The notes beneath the pieces were generated by a model, which saw nothing but the letters and a program-made list of their open reading frames with translations, was not told the DNA's origin and searched no databases. Position numbers and translations under genes: made by a program. 64,000 bases of DNA from Bacteroidia bacterium (GTDB lineage: Bacteria > Bacteroidota > Bacteroidia > NS11-12g > UBA9320): positions 704,001-768,000 of the forward strand of contig CBDCFW010000006.1 of NCBI GenBank assembly GCA_965216465.1, written 5' to 3'. This document shows, piece by piece, positions 50,996 to 60,645 of this stretch; within the stretch, counting starts at the first letter, position 1, and each line of letters opens with the position of its first letter.

Positions 50996-52300
50996 ATGGC
51001 AGGTATAGTAGCAATAGTAGGAAGACCAAACGTAGGCAAATCAACTTTGTTCAACCGTTTGATCGGTGAACGAAAAGCCATCGTTGATGACGTTAGTGGA
51101 GTAACCCGAGATAGGCATTACGGAAAAAGCGATTGGAACGGAAAAGAATTTACCGTTATTGATACCGGAGGTTATGTAGATAGCAGCACCGATATTTTTG
51201 AAACCCATATTCGTGAACAAGTTGAGCAAGCTATGGATGAAGCAGATGTGCTTCTTTTTATGGTGGATGCAACACTTGATCCCAACGACCTTGATTTTGC
51301 ATTTGCCCAGATTATTCGCAAAAGCAAAAAACCTTACTTGATGGTGGCCAATAAAGCTGATAACGATGAGCGAATGTTTATGGCAAATTCTTATTATTCA
51401 ATGGGAGTTGATACCATTTATCCGATCTCTTCTTTATCTGGAAGTGGTACGGGTGAATTACTAGATGATCTTGTTCCATTGTTACCAGAAGGTGATGTTG
51501 AACTAGAAGATAGCATACCAAAAATTGCTTTTGTTGGAAGACCAAATGCTGGAAAATCTACCTTATGCAATACCCTTTTAGGTGAAGAAAGAAACATCGT
51601 TACTGATATTCCGGGTACTACCCGCGACACCTTATTTGTGAGATATAAAGCATTCAACCACGATTTATATTTGGTGGATACTGCTGGAGTTAGAAAAAAG
51701 AGTAAGGTTAGTGAAGACATCGAGTTCTATTCTGTAATGCGAAGCTTACGGGCTATCGAAAATGTTGATGTCGTTGCTTTGGTTATTGATGCAACCAGAG
51801 GGTTAGAATCTCAAGACCTTAATCTTTTTGGACTGGCTCAAAGAAACGGAAAAGGGATTGTAATTATAGTGAACAAGTGGGATCTTGTTGAAAAAGATAC
51901 GAAGACGGCTAAAGAGTATGAACAGTTCATCAAATCAAAAATTGCACCTTTTACAGATGTGCCAATATTGTTTGTATCAGCATTAACCAAAAAGAGAGTG
52001 CTCAAAGCCTTGGATGTAATTATGGATGTATACAAATCAATGACTACAAAAATTTCTACGTCTAAGCTTAACGACTTCTTTCAACCCATTATTGAAAAGA
52101 CTCCTCCTCCTTCTATAAAAGGTAAATACATTAAGATTAAATATGTAACGCAATTGCCTACGGCTTGTCCGTCTTTTGCATTCTTCTGTAACTTGCCCCA
52201 ATATGTCGCAGAAAACTATAAGCGATTCTTAGAAAATAAGCTTCGAGAAAGCTATAATTTTAGTGGAATTCCATTACGTATGTACTTCAGAAAGAAATAA
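50996..52300 (+). CDS. der: Ribosome biogenesis GTPase Der (EngA)
   Basis: Two tandem GRPNxGKS / DTxG / NKxD domains. Confidence 0.97.
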   Translation: MAGIVAIVGRPNVGKSTLFNRLIGERKAIVDDVSGVTRDRHYGKSDWNGKEFTVIDTGGYVDSSTDIFETHIREQVEQAMDEADVLLFMVDATLDPNDLDFAFAQIIRKSKKPYLMVANKADNDERMFMANSYYSMGVDTIYPISSLSGSGTGELLDDLVPLLPEGDVELEDSIPKIAFVGRPNAGKSTLCNTLLGEERNIVTDIPGTTRDTLFVRYKAFNHDLYLVDTAGVRKKSKVSEDIEFYSVMRSLRAIENVDVVALVIDATRGLESQDLNLFGLAQRNGKGIVIIVNKWDLVEKDTKTAKEYEQFIKSKIAPFTDVPILFVSALTKKRVLKALDVIMDVYKSMTTKISTSKLNDFFQPIIEKTPPPSIKGKYIKIKYVTQLPTACPSFAFFCNLPQYVAENYKRFLENKLRESYNFSGIPLRMYFRKK

Positions 52301-52376
52301 TTACGCTTTTTAAACACTTTTTTCTATATTCGCAGCCATTTTAAAATTAATTAACATTAAAAATACGCGTAACAAA

Positions 52377-52649
52377 ATGAAAAAAATTATTGCTCTATTT
52401 GCTATCGTTTCAGTATTTGGATTTGTTGCTTGCAACAACGCTGCTGAAACTGAGGAAGCTGGATCTGCAGAAGCAACAGAAGTTGAAGCTGCTGAGGCAG
52501 AAGCTGAAGAAAGTTTATTAGAAGAAGCTGCTGAAGAAGCAACTGAGGTTATGGAAGAAGCTGCTGAAGAAGCAACTGAAGCTATCGAAGGTGCTGCTGA
52601 AGAAGCAACTGAGGCTGTTGAAGAAGCTGCTGAAGAAGCTGCTCACTAA
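52377..52649 (+). CDS. Small acidic Glu/Ala-rich lipoprotein
   Basis: Lipobox FVAC; EEAAEEATEA repeats; own strong terminator. Confidence 0.8.
   Translation: MKKIIALFAIVSVFGFVACNNAAETEEAGSAEATEVEAAEAEAEESLLEEAAEEATEVMEEAAEEATEAIEGAAEEATEAVEEAAEEAAH
52521..52640 (+). repeat. 33-bp (11-codon) tandem repeat, ~3.6 copies
   Basis: GAAGAAGCTGCTGAAGAAGCAACTGAR units starting at 52521, 52554, 52587 and 52620. Confidence 0.9.
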
Positions 52650-52672
52650 GCACAATTCTAAAACGAATTAAT

Positions 52673-52705
52673 AAAAAGGGTGACCAAAGTGGTCACCCTT
52701 TTTTT
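52673..52705 (+). terminator. Intrinsic (bidirectional-type) terminator
   Basis: AAAAAGGGTGACCA-AAG-TGGTCACCCTTTTT. Confidence 0.9.
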
Positions 52706-52717
52706 ATTTTTGAAATA

Positions 52718-52903
52718 ATGAAGTATCTCACCTACATCCTATTCTTACTCACTTTTGTTGCTTGCTCGTCAAACGAATCAAACGATGAACAAAGTTTGGA
52801 AAATCAAGAAGAAGAAATTCAAGAAGTTAATGATATGATAGAATCAGACCAGATGCGTCTTGACTCTATGAAAAAAGTTTTGGGAATAGACTCTACAGAC
52901 TAA
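52718..52903 (+). CDS. Small acidic lipoprotein
   Basis: Lipobox FVAC-SS; -7 box TATTTTTG immediately upstream. Confidence 0.7.
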   Translation: MKYLTYILFLLTFVACSSNESNDEQSLENQEEEIQEVNDMIESDQMRLDSMKKVLGIDSTD

Positions 52904-53910
52904 AGACCTGCGAACTGATCTAAAAATCTTTTATCGTTATTAAAAAAGGTTCTTAAATCTTTAACGCCATATTTTAGCATGGCAATTCTGTCAACTCCTA
53001 ATCCGAATGCAAAACCACTATACTCCTTAGTATCAATTTTACAATTTTCTAAAACATTCGGGTCAACCATACCGCAACCTAAAATTTCTAACCAGCCTGT
53101 TCCTTTAGTTAACCGTTTATCAGATTCTGTTTCCGTACCTAGGAAAATATCCATTTCTGCACTTGGTTCCGTAAATGGGAAATAAGATGCTCTAAATCTG
53201 ACCTTAGTATTGGGACCAAAAAATTCTTGGACAAAATTATATAGCGTTTGTTTTAGATCTGAGAAAGAAACTCCCTTATCTATATATAAACCCTCAACTT
53301 GATGGAAAAAACAGTTTGAGCGGGCTGAAATCGCCTCGTTTCTGTAAACACGCCCTGGCATGATGCTTCTGATAGGTAATTTTCCTTCTTCCATCAATCT
53401 AACCTGCACAGATGAGGTATGTGTACGTAAAGCAATTTCATCTTCAACAAAGAAGGTATCTTGCATATCTCGAGCTGGATGATTGGGTGGAAAATTTAAA
53501 GCAGAGAAATTATGCCAGTCATCTTCAACCTCAGGTCCAACAGAAACTGAAAATCCCAATCGCTCAAAAATTTGAGTCATTTCTTCAATTACAAAATTGA
53601 TTGGATGACGAGATCCAAGTTCACTATAATATCCTGGTAAATCTGAATTTACTGAATCGCTATTTTCAGATCCTTCATTCATATCATTTTGAAAACCCTT
53701 GAACATCGCTTCGATTTTTCCCTTAGCAATATTCAAATCTTTACCGAATAGTTTTTTGTCATCAGAACTTAATGACTTGAACTCTTGAAACAATTCATTC
53801 ACTAATCCTTTTTTGACTAGAAATTTTAACCTGAACTCTTCTAGCGTCTCTTTTGAGTTAACAGCAAATTGTTCAGCATCTTGAATTAATTGTTCTATTC
53901 TCTCTTTCAT
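52900..53910 (-). CDS. pheS: Phenylalanine--tRNA ligase alpha subunit
   Basis: HPARDMQDTF, LRTHTS, FPFTEPS and FAFGLG. Confidence 0.97.
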   Translation of the reverse strand: MKERIEQLIQDAEQFAVNSKETLEEFRLKFLVKKGLVNELFQEFKSLSSDDKKLFGKDLNIAKGKIEAMFKGFQNDMNEGSENSDSVNSDLPGYYSELGSRHPINFVIEEMTQIFERLGFSVSVGPEVEDDWHNFSALNFPPNHPARDMQDTFFVEDEIALRTHTSSVQVRLMEEGKLPIRSIMPGRVYRNEAISARSNCFFHQVEGLYIDKGVSFSDLKQTLYNFVQEFFGPNTKVRFRASYFPFTEPSAEMDIFLGTETESDKRLTKGTGWLEILGCGMVDPNVLENCKIDTKEYSGFAFGLGVDRIAMLKYGVKDLRTFFNNDKRFLDQFAGL

Positions 53911-54302
53911 TTACACTGCAAAGAAACACAACCGAGATAAAAGATAAAGAGCTTATTCACCCTTTATTAAAAATAAAAAAGATTAAAAAAATATAATAGT
54001 AATTAATATAGTACTGCGTGGATATGGGGTAAATTAAATTAGGAAATATGAATGCCAACAATTGGTTAACATTAAAGTGTTATTTAAATAATTTAAAATC
54101 AGATTATTAACAATGCTTAGTTAATATGTTCATTCGTAATTTAACAGGATAATGTGGATAGATCTGATGTTAATTTCATAACCCATTATTGTGAATTAGG
54201 AGTTCATTATATCTCCATAAAGTGAGTAAATTCTAAAATTGGATTATTTAGGAAGTTTTATGCTAAAATTCACATACCATGTTATTAACGCTGTGAATAA
54301 CG
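53911..54302. other. Probable chromosomal replication origin (oriC)
   Basis: Largest and most AT-rich non-coding gap; DnaA boxes TTATTCACC 53953, TTATTAACA 54104, TGTGGATAG 54153, TGTGAATTA 54190 and TGTGAATAA 54292; lies near mnmG and parS-like sites. Confidence 0.7.
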
Positions 54303-55814
54303 CTATAAGTCATTAATAGTTAATTCTTTATCCCAGTTTACACGCATTTCAAACTGTTCAGAATTAATAATGTGTTCAGCATTGTTATTTAGAAATGGAT
54401 TTCCGGTGTCCCAGTTGTTATTGTTGTTATCGTCTTTTATTAAACTTACTCGGTAACTACCAGGTTGTACATCGTTATACTTTATAGTTTGAGACAGGGT
54501 TATAGCACGCTGACTGATTATGGTTTGACCTTGCTTTAATTGTACAATATAGCGCGTTGAATCTGGAATATTGACGGTAAGATTTAAACTGGGATTTTCA
54601 TCTCCTACTGGTATGTAACTCACACTATCGAATCGTGTTGTATTGCCAAATGGGTCAATAATAAAGCCACTATCAACCGTATATAGAATTGGCTTGGTGA
54701 GGTCTACAGCCGTATTTAAGACGATGTTAAAGCTATCAAACGCTACAACTTTAAAATTGACTAAACTACTGTCTTGTTCTATTCTAAGTTTTGAAGAATC
54801 AACAATCCTAATCCAATTACCTGAAGTTATATAAGTAGTTTTTCCTTTTGTTTTTATTTTATAATCAACTGATTGTGAATATTTAGGTGTCAATTCAAAA
54901 TCGTAAGAGGTACTATCTTGCTTAATTTCTAGTAACACACTATCTACCCTATTTGAGTTTAGAAGCGTGATGGTATCGAATTGAAATGATGTTGTATACT
55001 GCATTGCTTCATTATTAAAGAATACTTGAAGTTGAGCAGTATCGATGGGTTGTTCAAATGTAAACTGATAAACTCCCGGTGTAGATCCAATTACTAACTT
55101 CGGTTTGTTTTCTTTCTTTATACTATATGGAAATACAGTAAATGTGTCGCGATTACTTAATGTTGTCAATCGAGTGTTCGGCAGTGAAATTAGTTCCTGA
55201 TCATCGAGTGTAAGATTTTTATTATCATCTTTTATCACATATACTTTAAAATCAGCATTTGGAAGGTTTGTGAAATAGAAGTTTCCAGTCTTGTCTGTTT
55301 TTGCAAGGTAGTCCGGCTTATCAAACATTACCACACTGTCATTGTGAGACTCGTATAAATGAACATTACAATCTTCGCAAATTTCACCAGACGGCAATTG
55401 AGTTACATAGCCAGAATATTTAAGAGAGTCGATATAATCACCTGTAGAAAATATGTATCTATAAGATTCTAGGGGATTTCCTTCGTTATTGTCGGCAATC
55501 GCACCATTAAATTGAATGGTATAGGTGGTGTTGGCTTTTAGCGTATCTTCTAGTTTTATAGTGAGTTGCTTGCCTTTAATCGATATATCAGGATTCTTTT
55601 TTTGAGCTGGTGAAATGAGCAGTAATTGACTAGCATTATTTGTCTTAATATACTCGTCAAAGGTGAAAACAATGCTTTGGCTTGATGCATTTAATGAAGC
55701 ACTATCTGGCTTTACGCTTAGCACTTTCGGAGGAGTAACATCTTCATCTCCACCTTCCAGTGGTTTAATGGATGCACATCCAGAAATAATCAATAGAATT
55801 AAGATATACCTCAT
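54303..55814 (-). CDS. Ig-like (Big_5) domain lipoprotein
   Basis: Lipobox ISGCA; GG.ED.TPP, FDEYI, NTTYTI.F...I.DNNEGN and FSTG. Confidence 0.8.
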   Translation of the reverse strand: MRYILILLIISGCASIKPLEGGDEDVTPPKVLSVKPDSASLNASSQSIVFTFDEYIKTNNASQLLLISPAQKKNPDISIKGKQLTIKLEDTLKANTTYTIQFNGAIADNNEGNPLESYRYIFSTGDYIDSLKYSGYVTQLPSGEICEDCNVHLYESHNDSVVMFDKPDYLAKTDKTGNFYFTNLPNADFKVYVIKDDNKNLTLDDQELISLPNTRLTTLSNRDTFTVFPYSIKKENKPKLVIGSTPGVYQFTFEQPIDTAQLQVFFNNEAMQYTTSFQFDTITLLNSNRVDSVLLEIKQDSTSYDFELTPKYSQSVDYKIKTKGKTTYITSGNWIRIVDSSKLRIEQDSSLVNFKVVAFDSFNIVLNTAVDLTKPILYTVDSGFIIDPFGNTTRFDSVSYIPVGDENPSLNLTVNIPDSTRYIVQLKQGQTIISQRAITLSQTIKYNDVQPGSYRVSLIKDDNNNNNWDTGNPFLNNNAEHIINSEQFEMRVNWDKELTINDL

Positions 55815-57679
55815 TAACGGCCGAAATGTATTAATAATACTGAAATATCGGCTGGACTTACACCGCTTATTCTGGACGCTTGTCCAATACTTTCCGGTTT
55901 TATTTCAGAAAGCTTGTCTCTAGACTCTGCAGAAAGTGAACTTACCTGGTTAAAATCAAAATCGTTAGGAATTTTAATATGTTCTAAACGAGTAAGTTTG
56001 GCTACGTTTTCTTGTTCGTTTTTAATATAGCCTTGGTATTTAATCTCTATTTCAGCTTGTTGTAATTCATCTTCAGCGTAATGACCAATTAGAGAATTTA
56101 CAGACTCTATTTCTAGTAGTTGAGGATACTTTAGTTGTGGCCGAGCAAGTATTTTGTCAAGTAGATAATTCTGAGGAATTTCAGATGTATTGTACTTGTT
56201 CAATATAGGGTTTGCTTGTTTTGGAGTTACGGTAGATTTTCGAATTGTTTTAATGGCTTGATTGATATTGCTTCGTTTTGATTCAAGCTTATCAAATTCT
56301 TCAGTAGATATAGTTCCAAGTTCATGAGCCTTAGGCATTAAACGTAAGTCTGCATTATCTTGTCTTAACAGAATTCTGTACTCGGCTCTGCTCGTGAACA
56401 TTCTGTACGGTTCTTTTGTACCCTTATTTACAAGATCGTCAATCAAAACCCCAATATATGCTTCACCTCTGCCTAACACAAAAGGATCTTTGTTGTTAAT
56501 CGAAAGATGAGCGTTAATTCCAGCCATAAGTCCTTGACAGGCAGCTTCTTCGTACCCAGTGGTACCGTTAATTTGACCTGCGAAAAACAGATTTTTAATC
56601 CCTTTAGTTTCTAATGACAGCTTAAGTTGAGTTGGAAAGAAAAAGTCGTATTCAATGGCATAACCAGGTCGAAATATTTTAGCTTGCTCGAACCCAGGAA
56701 TTTTGCGTAATGCTTCGTACTGTACATCTTGAGGAAGAGAAGAACTAAATCCATTAATATAGGTTTCGACCGTGTTCCATCCTTCAGGTTCAACAAAAAT
56801 TTGATGACGATCACGTTCTGCAAAACGGTTTATTTTGTCTTCAATTGAAGGGCAGTATCGCGGACCTATTGATTGAATAGTACCGTTATATAATGGAGAT
56901 TCAGCTAAGTTATCTCGTAGAATATCGTGAACTTCTGGATTGGTATACGTAATATGACAGCTGTGTTGACGCTTAATTTCTGTAGGTTCTCTGAATGAAA
57001 AACATCGTGGATTTTCGTCTCCCTTCTGTTCTTGCATTACATCATAATTAATGCTTCTGCCATCCACTCTAGGAGGTGTTCCTGTTTTCATTCTTCCGCT
57101 CTCAAAACCCAGAGAGTTAAGTTGCTCGGTAATACCGTATGAAGCCCTATCTCCCATTCTTCCTCCAGTCATTTGTTTCCGTCCGATGTGAATGATTCCA
57201 TTCATAAAGGTTCCACTGGTTAAAACGACTGATTTGGCGTAGTATTTGTTTCCTGCTGTTGTTTCGACACCTTCTACCCTGTTTTGAGATATAATCATTT
57301 GATTAACAGAGTCTTGTACGAAATCAACGTTGATATTTTGTTCGAGAAGTTCTCTCCATTTCAATGAGAACATGGTACGATCATTTTGTGTACGTGGACT
57401 CCACATAGCAGGGCCTTTAGATGTGTTGAGCATCCTAAACTGCATCATACTGTAATCAGCAACGATTCCAGACAGTCCACCAAGAGAATCTATCTCTCTC
57501 ACTATCTGACCTTTAGCCACACCTCCCATCGCTGGGTTGCACGACATCTTGGCTATGGTTTCCATGTTCATGGTAATGAGTAATACCTTAGAGCCCATGG
57601 TTGCGGCAATGTTGGCGGCCTCACATCCTGCATGACCAGCACCAACTACTATAACATCATATGTATTCACTGTTTTCAC
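55814..57679 (-). CDS. mnmG: tRNA uridine 5-carboxymethylaminomethyl modification enzyme MnmG (GidA)
   Basis: GAGHAGCEAA, MSCNPA, GPRYCPSIEDK and GQINGTTGYEEAA. Confidence 0.97.
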   Translation of the reverse strand: MKTVNTYDVIVVGAGHAGCEAANIAATMGSKVLLITMNMETIAKMSCNPAMGGVAKGQIVREIDSLGGLSGIVADYSMMQFRMLNTSKGPAMWSPRTQNDRTMFSLKWRELLEQNINVDFVQDSVNQMIISQNRVEGVETTAGNKYYAKSVVLTSGTFMNGIIHIGRKQMTGGRMGDRASYGITEQLNSLGFESGRMKTGTPPRVDGRSINYDVMQEQKGDENPRCFSFREPTEIKRQHSCHITYTNPEVHDILRDNLAESPLYNGTIQSIGPRYCPSIEDKINRFAERDRHQIFVEPEGWNTVETYINGFSSSLPQDVQYEALRKIPGFEQAKIFRPGYAIEYDFFFPTQLKLSLETKGIKNLFFAGQINGTTGYEEAACQGLMAGINAHLSINNKDPFVLGRGEAYIGVLIDDLVNKGTKEPYRMFTSRAEYRILLRQDNADLRLMPKAHELGTISTEEFDKLESKRSNINQAIKTIRKSTVTPKQANPILNKYNTSEIPQNYLLDKILARPQLKYPQLLEIESVNSLIGHYAEDELQQAEIEIKYQGYIKNEQENVAKLTRLEHIKIPNDFDFNQVSSLSAESRDKLSEIKPESIGQASRISGVSPADISVLLIHFGR

Positions 57680-57687
57680 GTGGAACA
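57672..57687. other. parS-like site GTTTTCACGTGGAACA overlapping the ybeY stop and mnmG start
   Basis: Two mismatches to the TGTTNCACGTGAAACA consensus on the minus strand. Confidence 0.6.
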
Positions 57688-58104
57688 GTGCAAAGCTAAA
57701 TAGTGATTTTCAAGCTCTGACATTTTGTTTCTTTTCTCGGTTGTATCATCGGTGTGTCCTGCTAAGTGTAGCATTCCATGAATGCAGATGCGATGAAGTT
57801 CGGTATATAAGGTTGCCCCTACGTCTTCTGCATTTTCTTTTATTCGGTCTACACTTATTAGAACCTCACTAGCTTCCATGTCGGGATCATCGCTAAAGTC
57901 AAATGTTATTACGTCGGTGTAGTAATCGTGATTAAGCGATTGGATGTTGACTTGAAGAAGCTCTTCGTCTGACATAAACACAAAACATACTGCTTTGTTC
58001 AGATTAAGATCGGTGAAAATGTTTGCTAAAGCTTGTGTACTAATTAAGCTCTCTATTTCTGGGTAGGAAGATTGATAAAGCGTTTGAATATTATTTGAAG
58101 ACAT
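57676..58104 (-). CDS. ybeY: rRNA maturation RNase YbeY
   Basis: HDYYTDVITF and IHGMLHLAGH; ATG 58104 preferred. Confidence 0.93.
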   Translation of the reverse strand: MSSNNIQTLYQSSYPEIESLISTQALANIFTDLNLNKAVCFVFMSDEELLQVNIQSLNHDYYTDVITFDFSDDPDMEASEVLISVDRIKENAEDVGATLYTELHRICIHGMLHLAGHTDDTTEKRNKMSELENHYLALHCST

Positions 58105-59794
58105 AGATATAGTCTTTGACCATTCTCTTTTCACCAAGCACACCATAAATATGTGCTACATACATGTACATTCCATTTGGCACGGGTTCTCCATTGTAAT
58201 CGCCATACCAGGGTTCGTTGGTTTTCTGGTTAGCGAGCATTTCTCCCCATCGGTTGTAAATCATATAGAAAGATCGAGAGTGGTCTATTCCTTCACCGTA
58301 AATAATGAACCTGTTGTTCTCTGTTGTACGGTTAATTGCATTTGGCATGTAATAGGTTAAAGGTGCTAGAATACATTCTGTATTTGACAAAGATGTTTTG
58401 AAATAACCAAAAGTATTCATGTTTTCAGTGGCTAGTACTCGATAGCAGCCGGATGAATCTGAGAAGTCAATGTTGTTGAAAGGAGTATCTTGTGTTCGAA
58501 TAGTGTTCCACGTGAAACTACTACGCAGTTGTTTTTGCAGTTCGTATTTCTGAACTCCGCCGTCGAAGCCTCTATAATGGTTGTGGTTTTTGGCATATTC
58601 ATCTCCAAATGCCAACCTTATGGTAGTTGCTTCGTTTGACTCCATTATTGAATCTCCACAAACGTTCTCGACCGATATCTTGTAAACGTGGTGGTCTTCA
58701 TGAACATTAACAGTAGGATTAAAACCAGTATACTGAATAATGTTTTCGTCTACTACCTTAACATTGAAACGAGAAACATAGATTGAATTGTTGTCTGATC
58801 GATGTCCGTAGAAAACTTTCATGTCTGTTGCATTATCCACTTCCCATTCCAAATGAACGTCGTGGTCGTTTACAACTGTTACTTGAGACAGATAGATATA
58901 TGATGGCACTTCAAATGCTCTTGTTTCAACACAAGCAATGTTTGAACTACTAGTGATTGTTCCACCTGGAGCATATGCTCTTATGTACAGACAAATGGTG
59001 TCTCCTAAAGTAATGCCGCCAATTTCATAGCTTGTTGTAGCTCCTCCTATCGTTCTAAATCTGGTATATGGCCCATGGTTGACAGACATCATAATGTGTT
59101 GACTATCAACGGCTTGCCAACCTTGATAACGGCTCCAGTTTATTCTTATTCGCCTGTCACAGGTATCTAGGCGTTCTGTTAAGCGCATAGCTCGATGCGG
59201 TGTAGATAATACAGTAGAAAGATTACAGCTGTCAAGTGCAGCCATTACAACAGGAAATACATTCAAAGGGTCTGTTGTTACCGTAAAATTTGTTCCTGTA
59301 GTGAATCCTATGGAATCTCCGTTCCCTGAGCTGTAGTCGTAAATCTCGTAGCCCTTGGTATCTGTACTTGTGTTCGGAGACCAGCCTGCTATAATGTTTT
59401 GAGTTGCTAAATCATAACTGAGTGAGTCCAACTCCTGAGGGTCAGGATAAGTTACGTCAATGGCTATGGTTTGAGATGTTGCACTGTCGAGCATATCACA
59501 GAGTGTATGCACAGTGATGTAGTACGATCGAGTAGTGTTTAGATCTGGGAGCTTATGCGGATATTCTGTAATTGCAATATTTGGAATAACTGCAATCCTG
59601 CTAAATGTTCCTCCATTTACATTTTCGTATAGCGAATAATGAGTGAAAGATCCACATGCATCTGTGGGTGCTTGCCACGAAATGGTTACCACACTATCAT
59701 TAAAATTGATGCAGCTACGTAACAAACGCGGTGCACTGTCTACTGCAAAAAGTGTAGTAGTCCAAAAAATGAATATAAAACTGAGATATCTCAA
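58091..59794 (-). CDS. Secreted protein with gliding-motility-associated (T9SS type B) CTD and FN3-like domains
   Basis: YMPNAI...IYNRWGE...W.G...G.Y.Y CTD; signal peptide. Confidence 0.82.
   Translation of the reverse strand: MRYLSFIFIFWTTTLFAVDSAPRLLRSCINFNDSVVTISWQAPTDACGSFTHYSLYENVNGGTFSRIAVIPNIAITEYPHKLPDLNTTRSYYITVHTLCDMLDSATSQTIAIDVTYPDPQELDSLSYDLATQNIIAGWSPNTSTDTKGYEIYDYSSGNGDSIGFTTGTNFTVTTDPLNVFPVVMAALDSCNLSTVLSTPHRAMRLTERLDTCDRRIRINWSRYQGWQAVDSQHIMMSVNHGPYTRFRTIGGATTSYEIGGITLGDTICLYIRAYAPGGTITSSSNIACVETRAFEVPSYIYLSQVTVVNDHDVHLEWEVDNATDMKVFYGHRSDNNSIYVSRFNVKVVDENIIQYTGFNPTVNVHEDHHVYKISVENVCGDSIMESNEATTIRLAFGDEYAKNHNHYRGFDGGVQKYELQKQLRSSFTWNTIRTQDTPFNNIDFSDSSGCYRVLATENMNTFGYFKTSLSNTECILAPLTYYMPNAINRTTENNRFIIYGEGIDHSRSFYMIYNRWGEMLANQKTNEPWYGDYNGEPVPNGMYMYVAHIYGVLGEKRMVKDYIYVFK
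58504..58519. other. parS site TGTTCCACGTGAAACT
   Basis: 15/16 match to the universal parS consensus. Confidence 0.75.
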
Positions 59795-59856
59795 TTGGGT
59801 AAGGATTGTCTGTTATAACGTATTTACTTTGCAAAAATTGCAATAATCATCGAAGA

Positions 59857-60624
59857 ATGAAAGGAAAGAAGTTCGATATGTCAAGAGAAGATGCAGGAAG
59901 TGTACAAGATATCAGACTGAATAAGTACATTTCGAATGCCGGAATTTGCAGCCGGAGAGCCGCCGATAAGTTAATCGAGGAAGGCCGAGTAAAGGTGAAT
60001 GGTAAGGTTGTTAAATCTCTTGGTGTACGGGTGAGCAGTTCCGATAAGGTGTTGGTAGACAACAACGTAATATCAAGCGGAGAGAAGGTTTATGTGTTGA
60101 TGAATAAACCTCGTGGAACAATTTGTACACGAAAAGATGAGAATGATCGTAAGACCGTAATCGATATCTTGCCAGAGCGTTTAAAGCATCTATACCCGGT
60201 TGGTAGATTAGATAGAAATACCACCGGAGTGTTGCTACTTACAAATGACGGAACTTTGACCCAAAATCTCCTGCACCCCTCTAAAAAGGTAAAAAAGATA
60301 TACAAAGCCAAGGTGTCTAAACGGTTGAGTCAAGAAGAGTTAGATCAACTTGCAAGTGGAATTCAGTTGGACGACGGAATTAGCAAATTCGACAAGGTGG
60401 TTGAGTTAATGGAAGATAATGAATTTAGATACGGAATAGAGATACATTCAGGCAAGAATAGGATTATTCGACGCACCTTCGAAGCGCTTGGAAACCAGGT
60501 TATTAAGCTGGATCGCGTACGCTTTCATAACTTCGACAAAAGGGGACTTAAAAAAGGGCAATGGAGAGAACTCAAAGAAAAGGAAGTAAAGACCTTAGAA
60601 GTCTATCTTAGAACTAAAAAATAA
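59857..60624 (+). CDS. rRNA pseudouridine synthase (RsuA/RluB family, S4 domain)
   Basis: RLNKYISNAGICSRR, PVGRLD and GKNRIIRR. Confidence 0.92.
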   Translation: MKGKKFDMSREDAGSVQDIRLNKYISNAGICSRRAADKLIEEGRVKVNGKVVKSLGVRVSSSDKVLVDNNVISSGEKVYVLMNKPRGTICTRKDENDRKTVIDILPERLKHLYPVGRLDRNTTGVLLLTNDGTLTQNLLHPSKKVKKIYKAKVSKRLSQEELDQLASGIQLDDGISKFDKVVELMEDNEFRYGIEIHSGKNRIIRRTFEALGNQVIKLDRVRFHNFDKRGLKKGQWRELKEKEVKTLEVYLRTKK

Positions 60625-60645
60625 ATAACATCGTATTTTTGAACC

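Noticed and set aside
52521-52640. 33-bp repeats as a CRISPR array
   Set aside because: In-frame coding tandem repeat with no unique spacers and no cas genes
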